Of a DNA stretch of 64,000 nt, positions 19,142 through 28,421 are shown in pieces. Source of the stretch: an uncultured Gammaproteobacteria bacterium (GTDB lineage: Bacteria; Pseudomonadota; Gammaproteobacteria; Steroidobacterales; Steroidobacteraceae). The notes beneath the pieces were generated by a model that searched no databases, was not told the DNA's origin, and was given only the letters and a program-made list of their open reading frames with translations. The position numbers and the translations under genes were made by a program. How positions within the stretch are numbered: position 1 is the first letter of the stretch; each line of letters starts with the position of its first letter. The stretch is taken from positions 151,707 through 215,706 of the forward strand of contig CAVZIO010000007.1 of assembly GCA_963775415.1 (NCBI GenBank), read 5' to 3'.

Positions 19142-20328
19142 ATTTCTTCTGCGGACGCCAACATCTCGCTGTTTCATTGATGGCAGCCCTCTGCTCTCTC
19201 AGCCTGCCCACAAGTGCCGACGTCGTGACCGAGTGGAATGCGATGGCGGCTGAAATTGTTGCCGCCGCCAAGCTCGGGACGCCTGTCACCAATCGGATGA
19301 TGGCGATCGTCCAGACCGCGGTGCACGAAGCCGTCGAGACATCGCCCGATGCTTCCAGAGAGGCCGCAATTGCAGCGGCGAATCGCGCGGCGTTGACCGC
19401 ACTCGTGCCTGCACAGAACAATGCGATCGAGACCGCCTACCAGAAGGCGATTGCTTCGATCAAGGCCGGTACCGCGAAGGACGTCGGCATCGCCGCTGGC
19501 GAGATGGCCGCGGCGGAGGTTCTCGAGCAGCGCGCCGACGACGGCGCCATGACACCCGATAGCTATCGACCGGTAACCGCGGCAGGCGTCTACGTTCCGA
19601 CCACGATTCCCGCAGTGCCCCAGTGGCCGAGTCGCAAACCCTGGATGCTCGCGAGCCCGTCACAGTTCCGCCCGGGCCCGCCGCCTGCGCTCGATAGCGA
19701 GCGTTGGGCGCGCGATTACAACGAAGTGAAATCGCTCGGTGCGAAGGAAGGATCGACCCGAACCGCGGACCAGACGGAGATTGCGCGCTTCTGGGAAGCA
19801 TCGTTGCCTTCGATCTATTACGGCATCGTGCGCTCCGTCGCCGATCAGCCCGGACGTGACGTCGCGCAAAACGCCCGCCTGTATGCCGTCGTGACGCAGG
19901 CCATGGACGACGCAGTCATCGCCGTGTTCGACGCCAAGTATTACTACGGCTTCTGGCGGCCGATTACCGCGATTCGCAATGGCGACAGGGACCGGAGCGA
20001 CGCAACCGAGCGCGATGCCGACTGGTCTCCGTTGATCGAAACTCCAATGCATCCCGAATATCCCTGTGCGCACTGCATTATTGCCGCGACCGTCGGCACC
20101 GTGCTTCAAGCGGAGATCGGGGACGGGCCGACGCCGGTGTTGACGACGACGAGCTATCTGGTCGAAGGCTCGAAACGGAGCTGGAAGGCCACTGAAGACT
20201 TCATTCGGGAAGTCTCCCTCGCGCGCATCTACGACGGCGTGCACTACCGCAATTCGGCGGAAGTCGGCACGGCGATGGGGCGCAAGATCGGAACGCTGGC
20301 CACCGAGAAGCACTCCAGGTCCCAATAG
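19138..20328 (+). CDS. vanadium-dependent haloperoxidase / PAP2-superfamily acid phosphatase-like protein, secreted
   Basis: ATG 19138 lies within ORF 18811..20328 and overlaps the upstream stop. Signal peptide, then FWRPITAIR, PEYPCAHC and SLARIYDGVHYRNS (PAP2 motifs). Confidence 0.8.
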   Translation: MNFFCGRQHLAVSLMAALCSLSLPTSADVVTEWNAMAAEIVAAAKLGTPVTNRMMAIVQTAVHEAVETSPDASREAAIAAANRAALTALVPAQNNAIETAYQKAIASIKAGTAKDVGIAAGEMAAAEVLEQRADDGAMTPDSYRPVTAAGVYVPTTIPAVPQWPSRKPWMLASPSQFRPGPPPALDSERWARDYNEVKSLGAKEGSTRTADQTEIARFWEASLPSIYYGIVRSVADQPGRDVAQNARLYAVVTQAMDDAVIAVFDAKYYYGFWRPITAIRNGDRDRSDATERDADWSPLIETPMHPEYPCAHCIIAATVGTVLQAEIGDGPTPVLTTTSYLVEGSKRSWKATEDFIREVSLARIYDGVHYRNSAEVGTAMGRKIGTLATEKHSRSQ

Positions 20329-20330
20329 CC

Positions 20331-20756
20331 ATGCGCTGGCAGTTCGATGACGCCGGAATCGACTGGAGCGATCTCTCGGGGCTCTACCGCATCGCGCCGC
20401 TCGGTGACAAGAACGCAGAAGACCTGAAAACCTGTTTTGGAAACAGCATGTACAAGTGCTTCGTGTTCGACGGCGACACGCTTGTCGGTGTGGGGCGCGC
20501 CGTGGCAGACGGCATCGACTGCTCCTACCTCTGCGATGTCGCGATTCACCCCGACTACCAGGGCCGCGGCCTCGGCAAGGCCGTCATCCTGAAGCTCAAG
20601 GAACAGTCAGCGGGCCACCGCAAAATCATCCTGTACGCCAATCCGGGCAAGGAAGGCTTCTACAAGAAGCTGGGATTCCTGCCGATGCGAACGGCGATGG
20701 CCGTCTTCCAGAATCAGCAAAAGGCTATCGAAGGCGGCCTCGTGGAAGGCCCGTAA
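20331..20756 (+). CDS. GNAT family N-acetyltransferase
   Basis: VAIHPDYQGRGLGKAVI and GFYKKLGF motifs. Confidence 0.85.
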   Translation: MRWQFDDAGIDWSDLSGLYRIAPLGDKNAEDLKTCFGNSMYKCFVFDGDTLVGVGRAVADGIDCSYLCDVAIHPDYQGRGLGKAVILKLKEQSAGHRKIILYANPGKEGFYKKLGFLPMRTAMAVFQNQQKAIEGGLVEGP

Positions 20757-20801
20757 ACAGACAAGGCGAGCGGGCGCGAGGCGCCCCAAGGAAAGGTTCC
20801 G

Positions 20802-21212
20802 ATGAAAAAGAAGATCTCCTGGTTCACGCGATTCGCCAAGAGAACGGCACAGCTGAGCGGTAGTCCGGCGGCTTTTGGGCTGGCCGCTGGCACAATCATT
20901 GTCTGGGGGATCACCGGCCCGATTCTCGGCTTCAGCGCGACCTGGCAGCTCGTCATCAATACCGGCACGACCATCGTTACTTTCCTGATGGTGTTCCTGA
21001 TCCAGAACACGCAGAACCGCGACACCTCGGCGATCCAGGTCAAGCTGGACGAACTGATCCGTGTCACTCGCGGACACAATGCGCTGATGGATATCGAGGA
21101 ACTCGACCAGGCGGAGCTCGACGCGTTTCGTGCCCGCTATGCAAAGCTCGCAGCCAGTGCCCGGGCAAAGATGGGCCGCGGGGCGGATGACACCGACAGC
21201 CCCGAAGCCTGA
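20802..21212 (+). CDS. low-affinity iron permease family protein (PF04120-like)
   Basis: WQLVINTGTTIVTFLMVFLIQNTQNRDTSAIQVKLDELI is characteristic of this family. Confidence 0.8.
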   Translation: MKKKISWFTRFAKRTAQLSGSPAAFGLAAGTIIVWGITGPILGFSATWQLVINTGTTIVTFLMVFLIQNTQNRDTSAIQVKLDELIRVTRGHNALMDIEELDQAELDAFRARYAKLAASARAKMGRGADDTDSPEA

Positions 21213-22311
21213 GATCGGGATGCACCACAGGACACTTTTCGGCACACCGCTCTGGTCTATTGCCCTGCCGATCGCCGGCTGCATCATGCTGGCGGTGGTC
21301 TGGGAACGCACTCTCGGCTGGATTCCGCTCTCCTTCGTCGTCATCGCGCTGGTCGCCGCGGTTTTTTCCGCCGTGCACCATGCCGAGGTCATCGCCCTTC
21401 GGGTCGGCGAGCCCTTCGGCACGCTGGTGCTCGCCCTCGCGGTTACCGTCATCGAGGCCTCGCTGATCGTCGCGCTCATGCTCTCGGGCGGTGAAGCCAC
21501 GAGCGCGCTTGCCCGCGACACGGTCTACGCCACCGTGATGATCATCTGCAATGGCGTCGTCGGCCTCTGCCTCCTGCTCGGGGCCTTGCGCCATCGCGTG
21601 CTCGAATTCCGGGTCGAAGGCACGAATCCGGTGCTCTCGGTGCTGGCGACATTGGCCATCCTGGTTCTCGTGTTACCGACGTTCACGCTGACGACCCCCG
21701 GGCCGACCTTGTCGTCTCCGCAACTGATCTTTGTCGGCGTCGTGTCGCTCACCCTGTACGGCGTCTTCGTCTTCGTGCAAACCGTGCGGCATCGGGAATA
21801 TTTTCTGCCGATCGAGACAGCCGGCAACGACGAGCCGCAGGTCGAAATGCCCTCATCGACCGCGATGCGAACCAGCGTTGCATTGCTGATGATTTCACTC
21901 GTGGCCGTCGTCGGGCTCGCCAAGACCCTTTCGCCGATCATCGGAGTCGCCGTCGAAACCGCCTCCGTGCCGCACACCGTCGTAGGAATCTCGATCGCGC
22001 TCATGGTCCTGCTGCCGGAAACGCTCGCGGCGGCGCGCGCGGCGCTCCGCAACCGCATGCAGACGAGCTTCAACCTCGCGCTCGGGTCCGCACTCGCAAC
22101 CATTGGCCTCACGATCCCGGTCGTCGCGGCCCTTTCCCTGATCCTGCGCCTGCCGCTCGAACTCGGCCTGCCGACGAAGGAGATCGCGCTGCTTGCGTTG
22201 ACACTCCTGATCTCCGCGATGACCTTGTCCCGCGGCCGCGCGACGGTGCTGCAAGGCGCGGTGCACCTGGTCTTGTTTGCGGTATTTCTGTTCCTGGCCG
22301 TCATACCTTAG
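21187..22311 (+). CDS. chaA: calcium:proton antiporter (CaCA family, ChaA-like)
   Basis: About 11 TM helices. VHHAEVIALRVGEPFGTLVLALAVTVIEASL and GISIALMVLLPETLAA alpha-repeat regions. Start at ATG 21187 or 21220. Confidence 0.8.
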   Translation: MTPTAPKPEIGMHHRTLFGTPLWSIALPIAGCIMLAVVWERTLGWIPLSFVVIALVAAVFSAVHHAEVIALRVGEPFGTLVLALAVTVIEASLIVALMLSGGEATSALARDTVYATVMIICNGVVGLCLLLGALRHRVLEFRVEGTNPVLSVLATLAILVLVLPTFTLTTPGPTLSSPQLIFVGVVSLTLYGVFVFVQTVRHREYFLPIETAGNDEPQVEMPSSTAMRTSVALLMISLVAVVGLAKTLSPIIGVAVETASVPHTVVGISIALMVLLPETLAAARAALRNRMQTSFNLALGSALATIGLTIPVVAALSLILRLPLELGLPTKEIALLALTLLISAMTLSRGRATVLQGAVHLVLFAVFLFLAVIP

Positions 22312-22323
22312 GTCAACATCCTC

Positions 22324-22710
22324 GTGCCGCTCGTTTCGCACAATCCCGCTGGCGTGTTTCCGCCGTACCGCGCATACAGCCACGCCATGGAGGTCGCGAC
22401 TGGCTCGCGAATGCTCTTCATCAGTGGCCTGAATGGATACGAATCCGACGGCAAGACGATGCCAGAATCCTTCGAAGGTCAGGCCGAGCTGATCTGGACC
22501 CACCTCCAGACCATCCTGAAAGACGCGGGAATGGACCTGAGTTGCCTCGTGTCGCTCCGCTTCTATCTGGCGGATCCGAAATACGACGAGGCCAATGTGA
22601 GAATGCGGATGAAATACCTCGGCTCACACCGACCGGCGCTGACCGTCATCTGCTGCCAGCTGCTCGAGCCGCGGTGGAAACTCGAAGTCGAAGCGGTGGC
22701 TGCCGCCTGA
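22324..22710 (+). CDS. RidA family protein (YjgF/endoribonuclease L-PSP fold)
   Basis: LFISGLNGYESDGKTMPESFEGQAELIWTHLQTIL...ALTVICCQLLEPRWKLEVEAVA. GTG start. Confidence 0.75.
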   Translation: MPLVSHNPAGVFPPYRAYSHAMEVATGSRMLFISGLNGYESDGKTMPESFEGQAELIWTHLQTILKDAGMDLSCLVSLRFYLADPKYDEANVRMRMKYLGSHRPALTVICCQLLEPRWKLEVEAVAAA

Positions 22711-22729
22711 TGAAGTCCCGTATTGCCCG

Positions 22730-23062
22730 TCAATGACTGCTGGTGAGTTTCAGGCCGAAAATGCCGCCGACAATGAGCGCGATGAAAGCGAATCTCGAAA
22801 AGGTTGCCGGCTCATGGAAGATCGCCATTCCCAGAATGGCCGTCCCGACGGCTCCGATGCCTGTCCAGACCGCGTACGCCGTTCCGACCGGGAGTGCTTT
22901 CAGCGAGAGGCCGAGGAGCACGAAACTCGACCAGGCTGCCACGATCGTCAGCGCCGTGTAATGCCATCGCGTGAAGCCGCCTGACGCCTTCATGCTGATA
23001 GCCCAGATGATCTCCAGAATTCCGGCGACAAGTAAAAGCAACCATGCGGATGAATGTGTCAT
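22730..23062 (-). CDS. sugE: SMR family transporter SugE/Gdx (guanidinium / quaternary ammonium exporter)
   Basis: 110 aa with 4 TM helices. GILEIIWAISMK (conserved Glu) and KALPVGTAYAVWTGIGAVGTA closely resemble E. coli SugE. Confidence 0.9.
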   Translation of the reverse strand: MTHSSAWLLLLVAGILEIIWAISMKASGGFTRWHYTALTIVAAWSSFVLLGLSLKALPVGTAYAVWTGIGAVGTAILGMAIFHEPATFSRFAFIALIVGGIFGLKLTSSH

Positions 23063-23119
23063 GAGGGTTTCCCGTGAGATTGCCGGGTATTCTATGCATG
23101 TTCACCCGGGGGATAAGTC

Positions 23120-24343
23120 TTGATCACGAGCCATCAAACTCGCAGGCGCGTCCTGCAAACCATGCTCGCAGTTCCGGCACTCGCCGGACTGGCGCCGGCG
23201 ATCAGGGCATTCGGCCAGGATGCGGACAGCCTCATCACCTCCGCCGACAAGGCACTCGACGTCTTCGACTTCGAACGCCTCGCCCGCGAGCGGCTGCCGC
23301 CCGCGCATTTCGGTTATCTGGCGACGGGCGTAGACGGCGATGCGACGCTTCACGCCAATACCGCGGGCTTTGCGAATTACGGCCTGCGAGTCCGGCGGCT
23401 TGTCGATCTGAGCAGGATCGACATGTCGGTGAATCTCTTCGGCACGACCTGGGACTCGCCGATCGTCATCGATCCGGTCGGCAGCCAGCGCGCGTTTCAT
23501 CCGGACGCCGAACTCGCGACGGCCCGCGCAGCGAAGTCGAAGAAACATCTCCAGATCCTGTCCACGGTTTCATCCACGGGTGTCGAAGACGTCACCGCGG
23601 CGCGCGGCGCGCCGATCTGGTATCAGCTCTACCCGACCGATCAATGGGCGTGACGCAGGGACTCGTGCGCCGCGCGGAAGCAGCGGGCTGTCCGGTGCTC
23701 GTGCTGACGGTGGACCTGCAGGGCGGCTCCAACCGCCTGACGCTCGCGCGCGCGATCCCGCGCGATTCGCGCGACTGCACGGCCTGCCATACGACCAGCC
23801 GGACCCGGCTCAGCGGCTTCATCACCGGCAAACCGATGTTCGCCGGCCTCGACATTTCGGCGGTCACCGACCTGACGCCGATCGCCATGAGCTGGGACTA
23901 CCTGAAGCGGCTTCGCGGGAATCTGGCCGCGGAAACTCGTCGTGAAAGGCATCGTCACGCGCGAAGACGCGGAACTCGCCGTCGAGCACGGCGTGGACGG
24001 CCTGATCGTTTCGAATCACGGCGGGCGCGCCGAAGACAGCGGCCGCGCGTCGATCGACAGCCTGGTGGAAGTGGCCGAGGGTGTCCAGGGCCGCGTGCCG
24101 GTGCTCGTCGACGGCGGCATTCGTCGCGGATCGGACATCTTCAAGGCCCTCGCCCTCGGCGCCGATGCGGTCGCCATCGGGCGACCGTACATCTGGGGCC
24201 TGGCGTCGTTCGGGCAGGAAGGCGTCGAAAAGGTCCTCGACATCTTGCGAAACGAGCTGCTCACCACCATGCGTCAGGCAGGCACGCGAAACATTGCCGA
24301 GATCGACCGGTCTTACGTGGCAGATAACCGGCGCGGAAGTTGA
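23120..24343 (+). pseudogene. Tat-signal FMN-dependent alpha-hydroxy acid dehydrogenase/oxidase (LldD/glycolate oxidase family), two frame disruptions
   Basis: Three collinear pieces. ORF 23120..23653: RRRVLQTML Tat signal ...WYQLYPTDQW. Frame of ORF 23074..24327: GVTQGLVRRAEAAGCPVLVLTVD. ORF 23942..24343: KGIVTREDAELAVEHGVDGLIVSNHGGR. The frames join at the G3 run 23644-23646 (one G missing) and near 23917-23922. Confidence 0.8.
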
Positions 24344-24408
24344 AATAAAACGCCTCGCCGGCATGTCTACTCCCTGAGGCGGTTTCACGCCCCAGCAAGG
24401 AATTAGCG

Positions 24409-26165
24409 ATGCTCCTGGCTTTCCTGGCATTTCTGGGTGGAGTGCTGACGATCCTCAGCCCCTGCGTCCTCCCGGTCTTGCCATTCGCATTCGCCCGCAG
24501 CGACCAGCCGTTCGCGAGAAGCACGCTGCCGTTGCTGCTGGGCATGGCGCTGACCTTTGCCGGCATCGCGACGCTTGCGGCCGTCGGCGGCGGCTGGGCC
24601 GTGCAACTCAATTCCTTCGGTCGCACCGTCGCGCTGATCGTGCTCGCGTTGCTCGGGATCACGCTGCTCTCGAGACGCGCGGCCGATTTCTTCACCCGCC
24701 CTTTCGTCGCGTTCGGCAATCGCCTCGTGCAATCCGCCGGCAACAGCGCGGCACGCCGCTCGTGCTGCAATCCGCGCTGCTCGGCGTCGCGATGGGCTTT
24801 CTGTGGGCGCCCTGCGCGGGGCCGATCCTCGGACTCATTCTTACGGGCGCCGCGCTCAGCGGACCGAGCACGCAGACGACGATCCTGCTGTTTGCCTATG
24901 CGCTCGGCGCGGTCGTTTCGCTCGCCGTTGCGGTCCTCATCGGCGGCCGTGTGTTCGCCGCGCTCAAGCAGTCGCTCGGTGCGGGTGAGTGGATCCGCCG
25001 GGGTCTCGGCGTCGCCGTGCTCGTCGCAGTCGTCGCCATCGCGCTCGGCTGGGACACGGGCGTGTTGACACGCCTTTCGTCCAACAACACGAATCGCATC
25101 GAGCAGGCGTTGCTCGACGCGCTTGCCGGGCAGCGCAGAAGCCCAGGGGTCCGCTCAGCACGACGACCGACGCCGACAAGCCGGATGCCGAACTCCCCGT
25201 CCTCGGCTGGTTTCCGCCGCTCGACGGCGCGAGCGCCTGGCTCAACTCGCCGCCGCTCACGCACGCCGGGCCTGCGCGGCAAGGTCGTGCTGATCGATTT
25301 CTGGACCTACTCCTGCATCAACTGCCTGCGCGCGATGCCCTACGTCAAGGCCTGGCACGAGCGTTACAAGGATCACGGGCTGGTCGTCATCGGCGTGCAC
25401 ACGCCCGAGTTCGCGTTCGAGAAGGATCAGGGCAATGTGCGCCGCGCCGCGCGAGGACCTCGGCGTGAGCTATCCGGTCGCCCTCGACAACGATTACGCG
25501 ATCTGGCGCGCTTTCAGGAATCGCTACTGGCCCGCGCACTACTTCATCGACGCCAATGGTCTCATCCGCGGCCAGCATTTCGGCGAGGGCAAGTACGACG
25601 AGTCCGAGCGGCTGATCCGCCGCCTGCTCACGGACGCCGGCCAGCAGGACCTGCCGCCGCCGCGCGAGCGACGTCCGGGCGGACGGCGTCCAGAGCGCGG
25701 CGGATTTCGACAATGTCGCATCGCCCGAGACCTATGTCGGTTACAGCCGCGCCAAGGAGTTCAGCTCGCCGGGCGGCTTCGCGCGCGACCAGTCGAGAGA
25801 TCTATGCCGCGCCGGGCACATTGCAACGCAATCAATGGGCACTCGCCGGTCCGTGGACCGTCGGCCCGGAAGACGCGGTGCTCGATGCGCCGGGCGGCAA
25901 GATCGCGATCCGCTTCCACGCGCGCGACCTGCACCTCGTGCTCGGGTCGGCGAATGCCGGCAAGCCCGTCCGCTTCCGGGTGACCCTCGACGGCGAGAAT
26001 CCCGGGCCAGACCGCGGCATGGATCTCGATGCCAACGGCGAAGGGGTCGTCACTGGACAGCGTCTGTATCAGCTGATCCGCCAGTCCGGACCGGTGCGCG
26101 ATCGGACGTTCACCATCGAATTCCTGGACGCCGGCGCGCAGGCGTTCGCATTCACCTTCGGTTGA
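24409..26165 (+). pseudogene. dipZ: DipZ-like protein (CcdA/DsbD transmembrane domain + TlpA-like thioredoxin domain + C-terminal domain), about six frame disruptions
   Basis: Collinear pieces in alternating frames. SPCVLPVLP is in frame 1. WAPCAGPILG and [24 protein letters not shown] are in frame 0. ELPVLGWFPPLDGASAWLNSPPLT is in frame 2. [36 protein letters not shown] is in frame 1. [25 protein letters not shown] is in frame 2. The C-terminus is in frame 0. Junctions lie near 24750, 25140, 25265, 25447, 25665 and 25797. Confidence 0.8.
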
Positions 26166-26183
26166 CCTCAGGAACCCGATGAC

Positions 26184-26755
26184 ATGAGACCCGAAGTCAC
26201 GCCGGCAACTTTCTGCTGAATTCCCTGGCCGCCACCGCCTGCCTGGCCTGCGACAATCGAGCGGCGGTCGGTGCAACCCCGCCCAAGCCCGCGCGCAACG
26301 CGACCGTGACCATCGAGAATTTCTCGGCCGCCGGCGCGAGCGAAGGCCAGGCGACCGTCGCGCGCGTCATCAAGTCAGATGAGGAATGGCGCGAGCAGCT
26401 GCCACGCGACTCCTATGTCGTGACGCGGCAGTCCGGGACCGAGCGGCCATTCTCGGGACAGTACGACAAGGAGACCGGCGACGGCCTGTACCGCTGCATC
26501 TGCTGCGACACCGCGCTCTTCGATTCGAAGACGAAATACGACTCCGGCACCGGCTGGCCGAGCTTCTGGCAGCCGATTTCGCGCTTCAATGTCCTCGAGA
26601 GGTCCGGCAGCCGGACCGGCCTGCTGGGAGCGGAAACCGGTTGTGCCCGTTGCGACGCGCATCTCGGGCATGTCTTCGGCGACGGGCCGCGGCCGACCGG
26701 ATTGCGCTACTGCATGAACTCCGTGGCCCTGAAGTTCGTCCCACGAGGTGCCTGA
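26184..26755 (+). pseudogene. msrB: peptide-methionine (R)-S-oxide reductase MsrB with a disrupted N-terminal export signal
   Basis: The core ORF 26306..26755 is intact (CICCDTALFDS, GWPSFW, CARCDAHLGHVF, RYCMNS). Upstream, ATG 26184 (MRPEV), RRQ and FLLNSLAATACLA lie in three different frames, as if a Tat/Sec leader were broken twice. Confidence 0.65.
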
Positions 26756-26756
26756 C

Positions 26757-27386
26757 ATGCGGATACTCTTCGCTGACATGCTGCTCGCGCTGCCCCTGCT
26801 TTGCGGTGCCGCCACCCCCGCAAAGCCGGCCGACGCGACGCAGACCGCCGTGCTCGCCGGCGGCTGCTTCTGGGGCGTCGAAGCGGTGTTCGAACGCGTG
26901 CGCGGCGTCACGCAAGGTGCGTTTCCGGCTATGCCGGCGGCGAAAAGAAGACTGCGAACTATCCGGCCGTCGGCACCGGGCTCACCGGACATGCCGAGGC
27001 GGTGCAGATCACCTACGACGCGAAAGAAGTGTCCTATGCCGAGATCCTCCGGATCTTTTTCTCGGTGGCGCACGATCCGACGCAACTCAACCGCCAGGGT
27101 CCGGACACCGGGCCGCAGTACCGCTCGGCCATCTTCTACGCAAGCGACGCCGAGCGCGACCTCGCGCACTCGTACATCAAGGAGCTCGACAAGTCCGGCA
27201 AGTTCCGCGCGTGAGATCGTCACGCGCGTGGATCCACTGAAGGGTTTCTATCCGGCGGAAAGCTACCACCAGGATTTCATCGCAAAGAACCCGAACAATC
27301 CTTACGTCGTGTTCAACGACCTGCCCAAGATCCGGGATCTCAAGCGCCTGTATCCCGAGTACTATCGGGAAGTCGCCCAGAAATAG
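26757..27386 (+). pseudogene. msrA: peptide-methionine (S)-S-oxide reductase MsrA with signal peptide, two frame disruptions
   Basis: Frame 0: MRILFADMLLALPLLCGAA...[22 protein letters not shown]. Frame 2 (ORF 26801..27214): VSGYAGG...GHAEAVQITYD...HDPTQLNRQGPDTGPQYRSAIFY. Frame 0 again: IVTRVDPLKGFYPAESYHQDF. Junctions lie near 26916 and 27208. Confidence 0.8.
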
Positions 27387-27406
27387 GGCGAACCGCGACG
27401 CAGGCC

Positions 27407-27979
27407 ATGACGACGCCGCTGGAACCGCTCTACTTCGAGAACGCGGCGGCACTCCGGCGCTGGTTCTCGAAAAATGCAGGTACCGAGACGGTTCTCGTCG
27501 TCGGCTTCATGAAGAAGGACACGGGGGTGGCGAGCATCAGCTGGCCGGAGTCCGTAGACGAAGCACTCTGTGTCGGCTGGATCGACGGCGTCCGGAATCG
27601 CATCGACGGTCAGCGCTACAAGATCCGCTTTACGCCGCGCAGGTCCGGTTCACACTGGAGCAACATCAACATTCGCCGCGTCGGCGTGCTCAAAGCGGCA
27701 GGCCGCATGAAGGCTCCGGGTCTCAAGGCATTCGGCGCAAGGACAAAGTCCAGGTCCGGGCGGGCGGCGTACGAACAGCGAACGAAGGCGAAGCTCTCGC
27801 CGCAGGACCTCAAGGTTTTCAGGCAGAGCACCTCGGCGTGGAAGTTCTACAACGCACTACCGCCGGGCTACCGGCAAACGATCACCTGGTGGATCATCAG
27901 CGCCAGGAAGCCCGAGACACATGACCAGCGGTTACGGAAGCTCATCGGGGCTTGTGCCAAGGGCCATCGATTGACCTAG
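27407..27979 (+). CDS. YdeI/OmpD-associated family protein
   Basis: FENAAALRRWFSKNAGTETVLVVGFMKKDTG...WIDGVRNRIDGQRYKIRFTPRR is typical of this family. Confidence 0.75.
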   Translation: MTTPLEPLYFENAAALRRWFSKNAGTETVLVVGFMKKDTGVASISWPESVDEALCVGWIDGVRNRIDGQRYKIRFTPRRSGSHWSNINIRRVGVLKAAGRMKAPGLKAFGARTKSRSGRAAYEQRTKAKLSPQDLKVFRQSTSAWKFYNALPPGYRQTITWWIISARKPETHDQRLRKLIGACAKGHRLT

Positions 27980-27989
27980 AATTCGCAAA

Positions 27990-28421
27990 ATGACCATGTG
28001 CAGAAAGAAAAACTCCATTTCGCGCGCCGTCCTGTGCCTGGCCGTGGCCCTTGGGCCGGCAGCGCCCGCGTGTGCCCAGGAATTCCAGCCCTATCCCACG
28101 CCCATGATCACCGTCGAACAATGGAAGAACTACGCCGCGCAGGTCCGGCAGGCTCTTGAACCGACGGCAGAAGTCCTGAAGGGGATGAATCTCATCGCCT
28201 TTTCGGACATGCGCGCGCGGACTTTCTACATCTTCACGACCAAGGATCACCCGGCACATCCCGCGTGGATCACGCGCCAGATGTTCGAGGAAGGCGGCCA
28301 GGTCCGCGTCCGCCAGATCGGCTATTTCGCGGGCTCGGAAGTGGAGTTCGCCAAGTTGTTCCGCGACTACCAGGACAGGAATCAGCAGTTGCAGGAAGAA
28401 GTGCAGCGGCGCAATCAGTGA
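27990..28421 (+). CDS. secreted hypothetical protein
   Basis: Signal peptide (AVLCLAVALGPAAPACA). 143 aa. No family recognised. Confidence 0.6.
   Translation: MTMCRKKNSISRAVLCLAVALGPAAPACAQEFQPYPTPMITVEQWKNYAAQVRQALEPTAEVLKGMNLIAFSDMRARTFYIFTTKDHPAHPAWITRQMFEEGGQVRVRQIGYFAGSEVEFAKLFRDYQDRNQQLQEEVQRRNQ

Noticed and set aside
23063-23119. Possible guanidine riboswitch (mini-ykkC / ykkC-III) in the 5' leader of sugE
   Set aside because: SugE/Gdx genes often carry such riboswitches. The leader does contain ACGG and an ACCCGG element. However, I could not build two ACGR-tetraloop hairpins or the guanidine-III pseudoknot consensus from the 57-nt leader. A covariance-model scan (Rfam) would be decisive.
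26560-26660. Hidden compensating frame shifts inside the first msrB core, to explain its atypical ERSGSRTGLLGAETG segment
   Set aside because: The segment has exactly the length expected between GWPSF and the second CxxC pair, and no alternative frame gives a better match. It is treated as substitutions rather than frame shifts.
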